A DNA stretch of 63,983 nt, filler included, from Reticulomyxa filosa (GCA_000512085.1; 22 parts of 22 records of this genome joined end to end with filler, not necessarily neighbours in it); one strand, 5' to 3'; positions 34,497 through 48,791 are shown, numbered from the whole stretch's first letter. Notes: generated by a model from the letters alone, not told the origin. A program made the numbers and translations.

Positions 34497-36893
34497 TCAA
34501 AATGTTCCACCACGCTGTTTCACAAGCAATTTTTGTTGATCTTCCAAACCCTTTGTATTCTTCCAAATACTATCTTTCATTGATAAGCCACTTTGACTTC
34601 CTACTTTCCAAATATAATCCACCACACTATCTTCAGTTACATCAACAATTTTACCATTATCACAACCCCATAATCGTATTGTTTTATCATCAGAACATGA
34701 TACTAGCCTTGAACCATCGGATGATAAGTGAACAGCATTAATATGCTCATTATGGGCTTCTAAGATTTGAATTTGTTTTCCTGAAGATACATCCCATATC
34801 CGAATACTTTTATCCTCTGAATATGAAATAATTTTAGAACCATTCAATGAAAATATTATTCCCAATATAGCATTGGAATGTCCTTTTAATATTTGGATTT
34901 GTTTTCCGGTCAATGCATTCCACAACCGAATTGTCTTATCTTTTGAGCAAGACGCAATTGTGGTACTGTCTGGAGAAAATCTTACTTCGGTTACATCTTC
35001 ATTTCCTTCAAATAAAAAAATTTGTTTTCCAGATGATATATCCCATATTCGAATAGTATTATCCCATGAATATGATACAAATTTAGAATTATCTGGTGAA
35101 AGATGAATTCCACGAACAAAATTTGTATGTCCTTCAAATATCTGAATTTGTTTACCAGATAATGCATCCCACAATCTAATTGTACGATCATATGAACAAG
35201 ATATAATTTTACGTTCATCTGACAAAAATTGTACTTCAGTTACAATGTCAGAATGTCCATCTAATAATTGAATTTGTCTTCCTGATGATACATTCCATAT
35301 TCGAATTGTTTTATCAAATGAACATGACACAAGTGTGAAACTGTCTGATGAAAATTGTATTCTTTTCACCCGTTCTGAATGTCCTTCTAATAATTGAAGT
35401 TGTTTTCCTGTTAATACGTCCCATATTCGGATTGTTATATCATATGAATATGATACAATTTTAGAACCATCTGGAGAAAATATTACTCCATTTATACAAT
35501 CTGAATGACCTTCAAAAATCTGAATTTGTCTTCCTGATTGTATTTCCCACAGCCTTGCTGTTTTGTCTTTAGAACCTGACACAATTTTAGAACCATCAGG
35601 AGAAAATGCCACTGTTGTTATAACATCTATATATTCTTCTGCTAACTGAATTTTTCTTTCTAAAGATATATCCCATATTCGAATTGTCCTATCATATGAA
35701 CATGATATAATTTTGGATTCTTTTGGAAAAAATTCTACACTGGTTACATGTTTTGAATGTCCTTCTAATACTTGGATTTGTTTTCCAGATGATACATCCC
35801 ATAGTCGAATTGTACCATTAATTGAACCAGATGCAACTCTGGAATTATCAAATGAAAATCTTGCTGTTTCCACAGCACTTGAATCTTCTAGAATTTGGAG
35901 TTGTTTTCCAGATAGCAGATCCCATATTCGAACTGTTCTATCGTCTGAATATGACAAGGCTTTTGAACCGTCTGGTGATACTTGAACCCCATTTATATAA
36001 CCCATATGTTCTAATAATTGAATTTGTTGACCTGATAATGCATCCCATATTCGAGCAGTGCTATCCTTTGAATAAGATATAATTTTTGACCCATTGCATA
36101 TAAATTGTACTCCAGTTACCCCACGTTGATGCCCTTCTAATAATAAAAGTTGTGTTCCAGAAGATAAATCCCATATTCGAATACATTTGTCTTTTGCACA
36201 TGAAACAATTTTAGAATCATCTGGCGAAAATTGTACATACTTCACCCTATCTGAATGCCCTTCCAATAATTGAATTTGTTTTCCAGATGATACATCCCAT
36301 ATTCGAATAGTTTTGTCCCATGAACCAGATGCAATCTTAGAATCATCTGACGAAAATGTTACTGAATCCACAAAATATGAATGTCCTTCCAACAATTGAA
36401 TTTGTTGACCTGATAATACGTCATATATTCGAATCGTTTTATCCAATGAGCATGATAACAATTTTGGAACCGTCACGTGAAAATCGAACTGCATTTATTT
36501 TATTTGAATATCCTTCTAGTATATGAAGTTGTTTTCTTGAGGATATATCCCATATTCGAATAGTTGCATCATCTGAATAAGATGCTATTTTTGTTCCATC
36601 AGGTGAAAATTGAGTCCCTCTTACTACATCTGAATGTCCTTCCAGATATGCGTATTCTCCAAAGTAAATGTTATTCATTGATGCATTTGTGAAATTGACC
36701 TCGTTTAAGCAAGTTTGATAAAAACGCACATGATCTAAATTGGCATTAGTAAAGTTAGTTCTTTCAAGATATGCACGATCTAAAATTGCATAAGGAATTT
36801 TATTTTATTCCAATTTTTATGATGCATATTTACATTTGCTGAATTGAGAATAGTGATTGCATTTGCTGCTGCAATACTAACATTTTCATTATT
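34497..36893 (-). CDS. Pentapeptide-repeat plus ~15 WD40-repeat protein (HET-E/NACHT-WD C-terminal type); 5' truncated, with two apparent frameshifts (~36797, ~36457)
   Basis: [12 protein letters not shown]...[23 protein letters not shown]...[12 protein letters not shown], then 42-aa repeats [33 protein letters not shown]. Ends [17 protein letters not shown]. Confidence 0.9.
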
Positions 36894-36993
36894 NNNNNNN
36901 NNNNNNNNNNNNNNNNNNNNNNNNNNNNNNNNNNNNNTTAATTAATTAANNNNNNNNNNNNNNNNNNNNNNNNNNNNNNNNNNNNNNNNNNNN

Positions 36994-37029
<36 letters not shown>

Positions 37030-37100
37030 TTATTTGAAATTTTAGGAAAACAAGTAGTTTTTTGTTATTGATATTCTTCCCTCATCTCCTTGATACTTAG

Positions 37101-38018
37101 GATTGCCTTGCACCCAACCAAAGATATTGTTGCGACAGTTTCTGATGACATGTCTTGGAAGCTGTGGACAGTTCCAAATGGGGAACTGTTAATGAGTGGA
37201 GAGGGACACAAAGACTGGATTTCAGATTGCCAATTTCACCCAGTTTTGGGAACGTTTTTAGTGACCGCTTCCGGCGACAAAACGGTCAAGCTGTGGGATT
37301 TTGCAAAAAGTATATGTGTGGCAACATACGAGGAACACACTCACGCGGTGTGGAGTGCATGCTTTCATCATGATGGCGAATTTATTGCTTCGTCTTCGAT
37401 GGATCACACTTGCAAACTATGGGACGTCAACACTGGCAAGTGTCGCCAAACATATCGAGGCCATGTCGACAGTGTTAATTTCGTCAGATTTCAGCCATTG
37501 ACTCACAACATGTGTACTGCAAGCAGTGACAAGACGGTATCATTTTGGGATTTGAAATCGGGGCTGTGTATGCAAACCTTGTATGGACATCACAATAGTG
37601 TCAATCATTTGTCCTTTAATGCCACTGGGGAATTTGTAGTTTCTTGTGATGCAGATGGAATTATAAAAGTATGTTCGACAAATGCTTCTATCACAGTTAT
37701 ATTCCAACAAAAACTTGTTACATGTGGCAATCTAAATATACTTTACAGATGTGGGACATACGAACGATCAAAGAATTATACAGTATTGATACAGGCAAAT
37801 CAACAAACTTTTGTTCTGAGTCGCTTTTAGATAAAAATGAAAGACGAATTATCGCAGCAAGCGATGACGGGAAAATAAAAGTATACGAAACATATACACA
37901 AAAATTGTTAGGAGAGCTAGCGTCTCATGAAGAAGCTGTCAGTACAGTTCTACTAACACATAACGATAACATCTTAGTGTCAGCTGGAGCAGATTGCACA
38001 TTAAGAATTTGGAGCTAG
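37101..38018 (+). CDS. SPAG16: Flagellar central-pair WD40 protein PF20/SPAG16, C-terminal exons
   Basis: HPTKDIVATVSDD.SWKLW..P.GELLMSGEGHKDW; SSMDHTCKLWD..TGKCRQT.RGHVDSVN; TASSDKTVS.WD..SGLC.QTLYGH.NSVN; SCDADGIIK|MWDIR. Intron 37669-37748. Confidence 0.9.
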
Positions 38019-40913
38019 TAATAAAAATATTTAATAAAAATCTTAATTTTCAAAGCAACTAAATTTTTTTTAAAAAAGTAAAGTTAAAGAAGTATTTTTT
38101 TTAGAGATTTAAGGCGCCAAAGACGCTAATCTTGGAACAAGTTGCACGCACCGTCCAAGATGGACATAGAACGCATAAAAAAACAAACAGTAGAGAATCA
38201 AATTGCTCAAAGCTTTACCATATGTACAAACAATATATTGAAGCAGATGAAATAAACTTTGAGAATTAAAAAAAAGACAAAACATCATTATTAGAAGATG
38301 AAAATGCATTGCTAACTAATTATATCTCTTAGTGTCACATTATATGTTATGTACTATGTAATAAACCTCTTAATCTATGTAGCATAACATTTGCACGTGG
38401 TCATTTATTTAAATAGCGAAAATGAACTTATTAAATAAAAAAAGCAACAATTAAATTTTTTAAATGATCAAACATACAAATTAATTCGTTAATCATCGTA
38501 TGATGCTTTGGATTAATTGAATCAATTTTTGATTGTTTTTCAATTGCACTTCGTGAACATCTGGACATTCGTTAGTGTCTTTGGGTTTACATTATTTTTC
38601 TTGCGTTTCAAATAAAAATACTTTTGTCGTAATGTTTCAGCATCATATTTCTTTCGTTTTCGTTTTTACTGTGTTGTCCATTTTCAAATATTTTTCATAT
38701 ATCTTGTAAATATTTGCAAGTATTGCTTATCTTAATTGCGCTAAAAAAAACCAGCAGTTTCCTAAAATTTCATTCAAAAAAGACCAAAGACTGTAATTGC
38801 AAAATATTAATGTTACAAGTTTTCTTCCTTTTTTTTTTTNNNNNNNNNNNNNNNNNNNNNNNNNNNNNNNNNNNNNNNNNNNNTTAATTAATTAANNNNN
38901 NNNNNNNNNNNNNNNNNNNNNNNNNNNNNNNNNNNNNNNGGGGGGGGAGCGCAGGAAGACATCGCCTGTGTTTGAACACAAACTGAACTCGGGATGGAAA
39001 TAAAGGACGTGTCCAAGCTGAAGCGCGAAATCCAACTATGGAAGAAAGACGAGGAGAAACGCAAAGAAGCAGAGCGAAATGCCGTTGTAGACAGCAAGTT
39101 CGTCAGAGTCGTCGGAGTCGACGGAGGAACGCAGACCGGCAGACATTCAAATTTTTGTGCGCGAGTTTCAAGGTCAAACATGCATGGTGGACTGTTCGTT
39201 GTCGGACACGATAGCGAGAGTGCACTCGATTGTGAATCAAAGGAAGGGTCGCACTGGACAGATATTTTTACAAGCTGTCGTTTGGGACAAAGACATTGCC
39301 GTCCAGAGTTGACAATATCCAAAAGTGATGCGACACTGCACACGAGATATTGGCATGCGAGCAATGTGACAGTCACCAAGTTTGTGATTGTGGGACTTGA
39401 CTGAGAGTCGCTCTTCGATATTCGTCTTCGACCAAGCGACGACTCGGAAGCCAACTTTTCATTTGCACTGCCTCGCGAGATTAAGGTGGCACGCGCAGAG
39501 TCTATGCGACAAGCAGGATGCATCAAAAGTCGAGCAGCTTCCACTACTCTTGGATGTCGATGTCGATGTCGTTGTCGTCATCGCAAACGTACGAGCCTTC
39601 GGCCATTTCGCTGTTGTGTGGGCTCTGACCAACATAGTGCGATGGATGGCAACGTGGCAACGGTGTGCGAACTCACGACAAGCAAGTTTTTATCACAATC
39701 AATGGACGTGCGAAACCCAATTCCACGTATACGGGACATCAAGACCAATCGCAATCGAAGAAAGGACATGACTCGTCTCGAATTGGTGAAACAGCTAGCT
39801 GTTCCATGCCTTTATTATGACCCGCTCGCAGGCGTACAACTATGACCAACCACATTTTGGCTTGATAGTGTTCAATGACAAGATTGAATACAAGTGTCCC
39901 TTATCTTCTTCATCTGTACGAAAAATTCCGCACGGTCGTGGACAAGGTGATGCATTTTAGGGCGATACCAAACTGTGCCATGCTCTTGGTCAAACGTGCT
40001 CGCATTTGCTCCAATGGAAGACCAAATTTGTTTCTGGCAAGCTTCACATTCTTGGTGTTCTCCTGACGGCAAAGGAAATGATTATTTTGGGATTGATCAA
40101 TGAATAAAGAGGGGGGGGTACATGACAGAAAATTCAATGTCATGGGAGTTACCAACGGTGACCGTGATAAAAGGTCGAGACAAGAAGCAAAAAACGTCAA
40201 AGTTAGCGGGTAATGTTCGTAAAGGTGTCGTGAAAATGGGTTGGCGGGACTGGCTTTAGTTTGCGGCGAGAAACGGGACTCGAACTCGATAATTGATGGG
40301 TCAATGATTATAATGGAAGAAATAGTCCAAGTTCACAACAACAGCAAAAAAGACTCTACTTACCTTGTATTACCATATTTGTGCGTGTTTCAATACAGCG
40401 TACCGAAAAACAGTGCGTACTTGTTCGTCAACGTTACGGGGCAAACATAATAGTGAATGGAAGCAATGATGAAATACCTTTGTCTTCAATCGCTTTTTTG
40501 GTATCGTCCAAAGAACGAGAACGCGAGGAAGAAGCAGAAATGAAGAACGACAAAGCCGAGCATGGACGCGTAAAAAATGCGTAGTGGTGAATTTCGTTGA
40601 CGTGTGACTATCCGGCGATCGAGTTTGAATCTGGGAAGAGACGTGTGTCGTGCGCTATCTCGCAATGTGAAGTTATCCAATGAAAACATTATTGGAATTG
40701 AGTTTGGATAGTTGGCGTCATAATGCAGCATTGACGAAACTGTACGAGGAAAGACATANNNNNNNNNNNNNNNNNNNNNNNNNNNNNNNNNNNNNNNNNN
40801 NNTTAATTAATTAANNNNNNNNNNNNNNNNNNNNNNNNNNNNNNNNNNNNNNNNNNNNATATATATATATATATATATGTATATGTGTATGTGCATAAAT
40901 GTGATATGATAAG

Positions 40914-42021
40914 AGGGTCAATGACAAAACCAAAATTCGGAGATTGGAAAAAGAATTGGCCAGAACTAAAGCTGCTTATGAAGATTTGAAAGCAAAACAA
41001 CAAGTTTTCTTTTTCTCTGAATTTTTTTTTTTTTTAAATAGTATATACATATATATCATATAATTTATTTATATATGTACATATGTGTGTGCATATATAT
41101 TGTTGCCTCATCTTTGATTGCAGATCATCGATAATACAGAGACTTGACTTGTTGTGTTACAAACGGCCTAACTATACCTCTTTTCTGCATTGGTTAGGTA
41201 AGTGAGAGCATCGCGTTGAATGAAGAAAGCGCGGCAGAAATTGCGAGTCTACGCCATCAATACGAAATCAAAATCCGAAACTTGGAGTCATTGATGATCA
41301 CCAACAACTCGCTCAAAGATGATGACAAACTTCTCAAAAAAGCTATTGTTAAAAAGCGACGGCGAACAATTGACGATGCTGGTATTTACTTTTTTTTTTT
41401 CCCCGTATTTGTTTGTTTGTTTGTTTGTTTAATGTAATGTTTTTATTTTCTTGTTAGTTTTTTTTTTTTTTTTTTTTGTTCGGACGTGTTCCCTTCATTT
41501 GTCTCTACTGTACATTGCAATGATGTAATTTGTTGCTGTTGTTGTGTTTGAAAGCAATTTTGAATACACCCGCCCGAAAGAAAATCCGCTACGGCTCCGA
41601 TTACGGATTAAACTTAACTACGCCTACTTATACATTGCGGTAAGTGTTCGCATTAATAGCGAAAAAAAAAAGATCATTGCATTAAAAAAGTAATTTGTGG
41701 GAAATAAAAGACTAGATTTTTTATATTTAGCTTTTTTTTTTTTTTTTGTTGTTGTTGTTATTATTATTGTCGTTTATGATGGGACGGGACGGGACAACAA
41801 CAACACAAAGAATACAACGTGATGAGTTGCAATGGCAGCTGGAACGCGAACAAGAAAACAAAAGTGGATACGTGGAAGTCATTCACGAACGTGAAAAAGA
41901 TCTTAAGGCCATACAAAAAGAACTTGAACAAATGATGGATGAAAACACTTCATTGAAGGAACAAAACCAACAACTGAGATCAATGACCACAGTTACAAAA
42001 TTGTGCTATCGATCAAATTGA
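40914..42021 (+). CDS. Multi-exon coiled-coil protein fragment
   Basis: Short exons rich in E/K/Q heptads (LNEESAAEIASLRHQYEIKIRNLE; IQRDELQWQLEREQE...LKAIQKELEQMMDEN) separated by T- and TA-rich introns. Confidence 0.5.
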
Positions 42022-44211
42022 CTCAATTGAGTCATATGCTTTCACCAATCACCCACTTTACAAATTTTTTATCAACTCCCTCATCACCTTTGTTCAATCA
42101 AAAAAAAANNNNNNNNNNNNNNNNNNNNNNNNNNNNNNNNNNNNNNNNNNNNTTAATTAATTAANNNNNNNNNNNNNNNNNNNNNNNNNNNNNNNNNNNN
42201 NNNNNNNNTTTATTCAATTTTTGTAACTGCGAAGTTTCTTTTTAAGAAATAATAAAAGTAACCTTTTTGACGTCGGAACACTCAAAGCGCTCTGTTTGGA
42301 TTGGAAGAAAAAAAAATGATGGGATGCACGTTGTGAGAAGTGGTCGTTGCTGTGGCATTTTCCAAGATTTTTGTAAGAGGTAAGTGACGTCTGTTTACTC
42401 GTATTACACAACACACTTTTTCTTTAGTGGAGTGAGAACATAGGAATTTTTTTTGTGAAAGTGGGTAGTGTTGCAATATGTATGCAATTATGAATGAAGA
42501 CAATGCCCACACATACCAGACAAAAATATATATATATATATCTAAAACAAACAACAGACAATACATGATGAGGCATGCACGTTGTTTGGAATGTCCGCAA
42601 GATTTACCATCCAAAAGATTGGAGCATCGAGGCAAAGAAACATCTCGTATGCTCGATTTCGTATTGGATGATATTTCGAGCGGCAATCTACAAAAGTGTC
42701 CGCCAAATCAATCAACACATCATTGGCGCTGGGTTGAAAGTCCCAAGAAAAAAAATAGTCAATTGATGCGTGGTTACGTATTGTCAATACATGATGTCTT
42801 GTGGGGGCTGTGTCTTATCAATGACACTTCACATTATGCCCCAATATCATACACAGCAACTGCAATCACCACCGCAACAACTACTAACCATCACTTACTA
42901 CTACCACACAGACAGCACCACATCAAACAAATTTTGCTATAATGCTGTCTGCAATACAATAAGTCGCCGAATTGAATATCCACGGCGCACAACCACACAA
43001 ATGTAAATGATTTTTAAATATACGTTATCTATTGTCGGAAGATATATAAATAAAAAACAATTATATATGCATACTTTTTTTAATAAAACCACTTTCAAAA
43101 AAACAATGTGACATTATGATGTTAATGTACATTATATGTAGTGTATTTATGAAAAAAAAATAACTGTGTATTCGTGACATGCACAACTTGCGAATCCAAC
43201 GATCATGACGATAATGGAAATGACTGCAAGGTGGAGTTGTGTTTGCGAGTGGTGGATTGTAATTGTAATGGCCACGTCCACAAGATAAAGTAAAAAGTTT
43301 TTAACTAAATATATTTATTTTTTGTATTGTTCAAAAAAAAAAAGATGTTTGTATGTGTATTTTAGCAGTGAAGTGCAGTAACAAGAGAAAAAAAAGAAGA
43401 TGCGGGGTAGAAGGCCACCCCGTCTCCGAAAGGAGAATAATTGGTTTGTTTGTCTTTTTTTTTAAAAAACAAATATTAACTTGTTGTGTGTTTTGAAATA
43501 CAGGAATTCCTCCGTACACAAGATTTGCCAACAAATCAACAGTTCCCCTCCACATACAAGCCAAAAAAGATTGATAGGGGTTGAACTCTAAACCGGCGTC
43601 CAAAAAAAGAAAATAAGGTTTGAATATTTATGTGTTTGTTTTTCTTTTGTTATATAATGTGACTGATTGTGTGTGTAAAATAGGAATTCCCCCAAATAGA
43701 AATATATTTATTTTATTTTTTATGTTTATCTTTTTTTGTCCTTCCTTCAAACAAAAAAAATGTGAGTGTTTTTTTAAAAGAAAAAAGAAATTAATATTGG
43801 AGATCGAGCTCCACATTATAGGTATGTATTTATTTTTATTTGTCTTTGAAAAATTAAAAAGATAATTTTTTGAATGTGTATAGATGTCGTCCGTGTCCCA
43901 GAAAGAATTTTTTTTAATAATTTGAAAAAAATTAAGGGGTGATTGGTGGGAGGGAGGGGGGGGGAAAAAGGTGTAATAAGAAAAAAATAAAATAATAATG
44001 GGAAAAAAAAGGATATAAAAAAAACGTATAAAAATGAAGAAAATTTTTTATTAGGAAAAAAAGGATAAAAAAGAAAATGTAAAGATAAAAATTTTTATTA
44101 AGTTGAAAAAGNNNNNNNNNNNNNNNNNNNNNNNNNNNNNNNNNNNNNNNNNNNNTTAATTAATTAANNNNNNNNNNNNNNNNNNNNNNNNNNNNNNNNN
44201 NNNNNNNNNNN

Positions 44212-44607
44212 GAACAAAGACAATGACAATGACAAAGACAAAGACAAAGATAATGACAAAGACAAAGATAAAGATAAAGACAATGACAAAGACATTGACA
44301 CGGACATGGATATGAATGAGGTGGAGGCCAATCAAGCGCTGTCCGAGGTCACTCGAACTTTGTCGCTGTCGGGAAATCCCTTGCGCCTTTCCGTCGTCTC
44401 CGTCACTGCTCTCACGCCTACGCCCACTGCCGAAGAAGAAAAAAAAAAGCCGCTCTCCTCTTCGAGACCCTTGACGCCCAAGAAGCTGCCGTTGTCACCA
44501 CAAACTGAAAAAGATCAAAGCAGTGAGAAAAGTCACGACAAAGACAATAACAAAAATAACAACAAAGAAGATAACAATATTCAGAGTCAAAGTCAAAAAG
44601 AAACTGC

Positions 44608-44645
<38 letters not shown>

Positions 44646-45462
44646 AGAAAAGGAAAAGCAAGTCGCCAATGAGGCAAATAAGGACAAAGACGAAAACAAA
44701 GAAAAGGAAAAGCCAAAGGAACAGGGCAATGGCGGCGAGCCGAACAAAGATGCGGGCACTTCAGAGGAGGAGCGATTAAGGCCTCAAAAGCGGGATTCCC
44801 ATTCACGTGCCATTTCGTGGGGACAAGTCGTCACTTACGAACACCAGGATTTGGAAGAGTTTGAGGCCCATAAGGAACATGACAAAGGTCAGAACAGTAG
44901 AGGATGTGTTGTTCCAAAACGGGGGAAATTATAAGAAAGGGAGGAGAAGAGGAGAGAGAGAGAGAGAGAGGAGGGAGGAGGGAGAGAGAGAGCGAGGAGA
45001 GGAAAAAAAAAAAATATTAATGCATACAAGACGAAATGTTACTGATCAATGAATCTTCTATGCCTAGGCCAGACTTGGGAATTGACGAGCCTGCTACACT
45101 TGTTTCTGTTGAGTATAAATGCCTTTAAAACCAAAAGAGATGACATAACATAAGCTTATGTGGAAATTGTATTTATTTATTCTGTCCATGGGCGCACAGG
45201 TGACGCAAGAACTGAAAGCGCTGAAAGAACGGCTGTATCAAATTGAAAAGGAAAAACAAGCCACTGAAAGGCAATTTTATGAAAACAAACAACAGGCGGA
45301 ACTCAAGTTTGAACTGGAAAAGAGTGGACTTATGGCAAATAATCAAAAGGAAGTCGATCGCATGAACATACGTATCAACGAATTGAAAACTGAATTGCGC
45401 CAAACCGCCAATTCCAAACTCAACTTAATTCAATGCGCAACTAATGAAATCAATCGTCTTAA
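44212..45462 (+). CDS. Low-complexity (DK/DN repeats, poly-T) plus coiled-coil protein fragment
   Basis: Exon VTQELKALKERLYQIEKEKQ...TNEINRL; the upstream ORF contains codon-phased microsatellites. Confidence 0.45.
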
Positions 45463-45751
45463 GTTTCTCTACACATCTATTTATAAACATAACAAAACAA
45501 AAATTCATTTTCAATAATATGTTACGCATTATTATTACGGTCCCCTTTTTAAAAAAAAAAAAAAAAAAACAAAATAACAATTTTGTCTCGACTCTCGCCA
45601 AAGCCAGTTTTTATATCCTGTGATAGTCTCTNNNNNNNNNNNNNNNNNNNNNNNNNNNNNNNNNNNNNNNNNNNNTTAATTAATTAANNNNNNNNNNNNN
45701 NNNNNNNNNNNNNNNNNNNNNNNNNNNNNNNATTATTCTTGGACGAAGCAA

Positions 45752-47868
45752 AAGAGACATTGGTAAGAAAGGGCACCTTTGCGAAGATGCGCGATAACAA
45801 AGCTAGAGTTTGAATGGTCTGATCTGTCAATGATGCGTCGATGCCAAAGATGATGGCTTGCAACAGCTGCGGCAAGTGCGAGCTGAACTCGAGTCCCAAA
45901 TGCGGATGGAGCAGTGCCACATGCACGGCACTAAAGATTTCGACACCGATGAGCAGACGATGCGACTGACTCAACGCCGTCAAACAGTCGTGGATTTCGG
46001 GCAGCGCAAATGCCAATACTTTGCGTGGCCATAACTTTGATAAACACGATAACGCCAACACTCCACTGAACTTGACCGGAGGGACTTTGGAATATATGCA
46101 CCACTTAGCCAATGGCAATAACGTGTCCACCAATTGATCGTCGATCTTCAGTCGTTGCGACGGGGGTACCTCACGATACAATGGATGCTTCGTGTCGACC
46201 GACCCATGCCATCGAAAAGCATGCAGCATGTGAGTAGGTATATTCGGATACAATTCCTGCTCGATACCTTCGTCGCGAGATTGTCCACGCATTTCACGAT
46301 AAAAGCGACGACAATAATACGCGCAAAAATAGGACAACATCGAGCCCAGATTGTAACTCGTCCCAAAGTCTCTCATTCCACTTGTTTCCAATGGGTAGTA
46401 ATAGTTGGACAGCGTCTTGAATAACGATAATGCCTCTTTCTGTACTGGGTCCTCACTCCCGCGCTTGTCCATGCAATACACTATAAACTTGCACATTACT
46501 CCGCTTGCACCCAACTCGTATACGTTTTTTGACAGAAAACTGTCTCCAAACGTGTTGACGGCGATATCGCATGAGACTCACCGCTTGTATGTAGTTGCAA
46601 TTGCTAAATAAATATATATGCATATGTATAAATGCATGTGCGCATGTTTATTAGGAGAACAAACAACATGCACACAATGTAACTGTCAAACAAAGATGGA
46701 AAATAGGCTTGACGAATGGATCGAAATTGGCGATACCGGGATTATGTTTGATGATTCGACTGAGCAATGAGAAGATGATCAAAGGTGTGGTTTTGACACC
46801 TATGTTTTCGTGCAGCACTTGATGCAAGAGAAAGAGGATCAAGTCGGGCATGAACGAGTCGTGCTGTTGTTATCGACACACGACGGAATTTGATATTGTT
46901 TCAGTTCTTCACGCACCCAGCCTTGCTTTGTCGGCAGCAGTATCGACAGCATGTCCATGGCCGAGGAGTAGTACCAATCAAACGGATTCAAATATGGTAG
47001 TAATTCGTCTAGTATTTCTTTCAACGACGATCGTTCAAAGTATTGTCTTTACAAAAAAAAAAAAACACTATTTTTTTTTTTTTTTCTTATCTTATCTTTA
47101 AAAAAAAAAATTGATACCTTGCTTTGGAAAGGAGTCCAAGCAATTTGGCTCCATGTCTATTGACAGTGGAAGTAGCGTCGGATGGGGTTGTGCCCGTGGC
47201 TGAGAAGTGCACTCGTTTCAATAGATCATACAATGGCCTCCAAGCAATCACTAATCCATCGCTCATCAAATTTTTTCTTTTTATTATGTCTGTCATCAAC
47301 TCGATTATTCTTTTTTTTTTTTTTTTTAAGTGACAAACAAAATTTTACTCAACTAGGAAAAAAAAATTTTGCCATTTTGAAGTAGGTACATATAAAAAGA
47401 GATTTTGATGTCAACAAACAAATATGTGCAAAATGGGGGAGGGAACAAAAGAATTCAAGTAGTTATAAATATATATGTATATATAAACTGAGTTTGATTA
47501 GGAAGATCAATCGCAAAGTCTGTGAGCAATGTCATACATATTTGTGCAATTCTCACCCTCTTCTTTCGGGCTATTGGGTATCGCATCTCAATGTGATGCT
47601 TCAATAATGCTATATAATACAGTGCTGCTTCTATGTCCACCTTTTCTATAGACTCCTCCAAGTAACGATACGAATTCACTAGTGACTCCCGAGCATAATC
47701 CTTAAACGCGTTTCGAAGCGTCGGAGGAGAATTCTTCACAAACATATTTGCCCATTCATCCTTTTTCGCTTCTTTTTCCAAATCTTTTTTCAACATTATG
47801 CAGTAAAATGATGATGTCACAAGATAATAATCACCCTTTTTGCAAGTATTTGAACTTTCCTTGGACAC
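45752..47868 (-). CDS. PSME4: Proteasome activator PA200/Blm10, N-terminal exons, 3' truncated
   Basis: IAWRPLYDLL; EILDELLPYLNPFD...AMDMLSILLPT; AL..LSKLWP..V.....P.I...LTALSQSHRL; HLPQLL...IFGIDA....QT. Motif order is typical of PA200/Blm10. Confidence 0.8.
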
Positions 47869-48567
47869 ATGTAGTTACCCCTCCGACTTTACACAACAGC
47901 GAAACAAACCATTTACTTCATCATTTTTATTTTATTCTTTTCAAATAATAAATTTGAAAAAACAAAAATTATAGATAATTTTTAAAAATAAGTTTTATTT
48001 TAATTATTAACAAAATTAAATGAAAAAAAATTTACAATTTAATTCATACAAAAAAAATATTTTTATCTAAAATCCAAACAAAACACTAAACCACAATCAC
48101 TTATTCTATTTCCATTTTTTTAAATGTAAAAATTTGAGAAATCATATTCCATAATCTTTTAAAAACGAACTGTGTTATCACATGACTCAGAACATATCAC
48201 ATTTGAAGTACCACCAACTTCATTATTGTTTACTACAAGTGAAAAATTATCAACTGAAAATATCCAATTTGTATGTCATTTGAATACTTGAATATTTTGA
48301 TTGATAGTTTTATCCTAGATATTATTATATTTTCACACAAAAATTTCTAATTCATTTGATAGATATTTCACACTAGTTACGACATCTTTGTACAAAAATC
48401 AGCAAATTTATGTTGTTCTCAGTTGTACAATTATTTGGCAAAGGAAAAAATCTTATTTTGGCTAANNNNNNNNNNNNNNNNNNNNNNNNNNNNNNNNNNN
48501 NNNNNNNNNTTAATTAATTAANNNNNNNNNNNNNNNNNNNNNNNNNNNNNNNNNNNNNNNNNNNNAC

Positions 48568-48702
48568 GCGGCCTACGCCCCGATCGCCAGCGAGGTCGTC
48601 TATGTCGCCGCCCCCGGCGCTCTGGTGCCCGACTGGTCGCTGCTGCCCTACACCAAGGCCGACAAGACGCAGTGGCCGTTCGTCGCCAACCCGCACGCCT
48701 GA
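48568..48702 (+). CDS. Bacterial M81-family metallopeptidase (MlrC-like) C-terminus, 5' truncated
   Basis: My translation AAYAPIASEVVYVAAPGALVPDWSLLPYTKADKTQWPFVANPHA* fits the MlrC C-terminal pattern A.F.PIA..I..V.APG....D...LPY.......WP. Confidence 0.7.
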   Translation, partial: AAYAPIASEVVYVAAPGALVPDWSLLPYTKADKTQWPFVANPHA

Positions 48703-48762
48703 AGCGTGCGGGCTTCCGGGGCCCGTCGACCGGGAGCGGCGAAAAGCCCATATTTCAGGGCG

Positions 48763-48791
48763 TTTACAGCGCTCCGACTCATTGGTATGTT
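48763..48791 (+). promoter_or_regulatory. Putative sigma70 promoter of prs
   Basis: TTTACA-N17-TATGTT with a TGn extended -10, ~90 nt upstream of the prs ATG. Confidence 0.55.

Noticed and set aside
42209-44111. Possible exons around 42560-43570
   Set aside because: Neither frame nor strand can be fixed from motifs, so no call is supportable.
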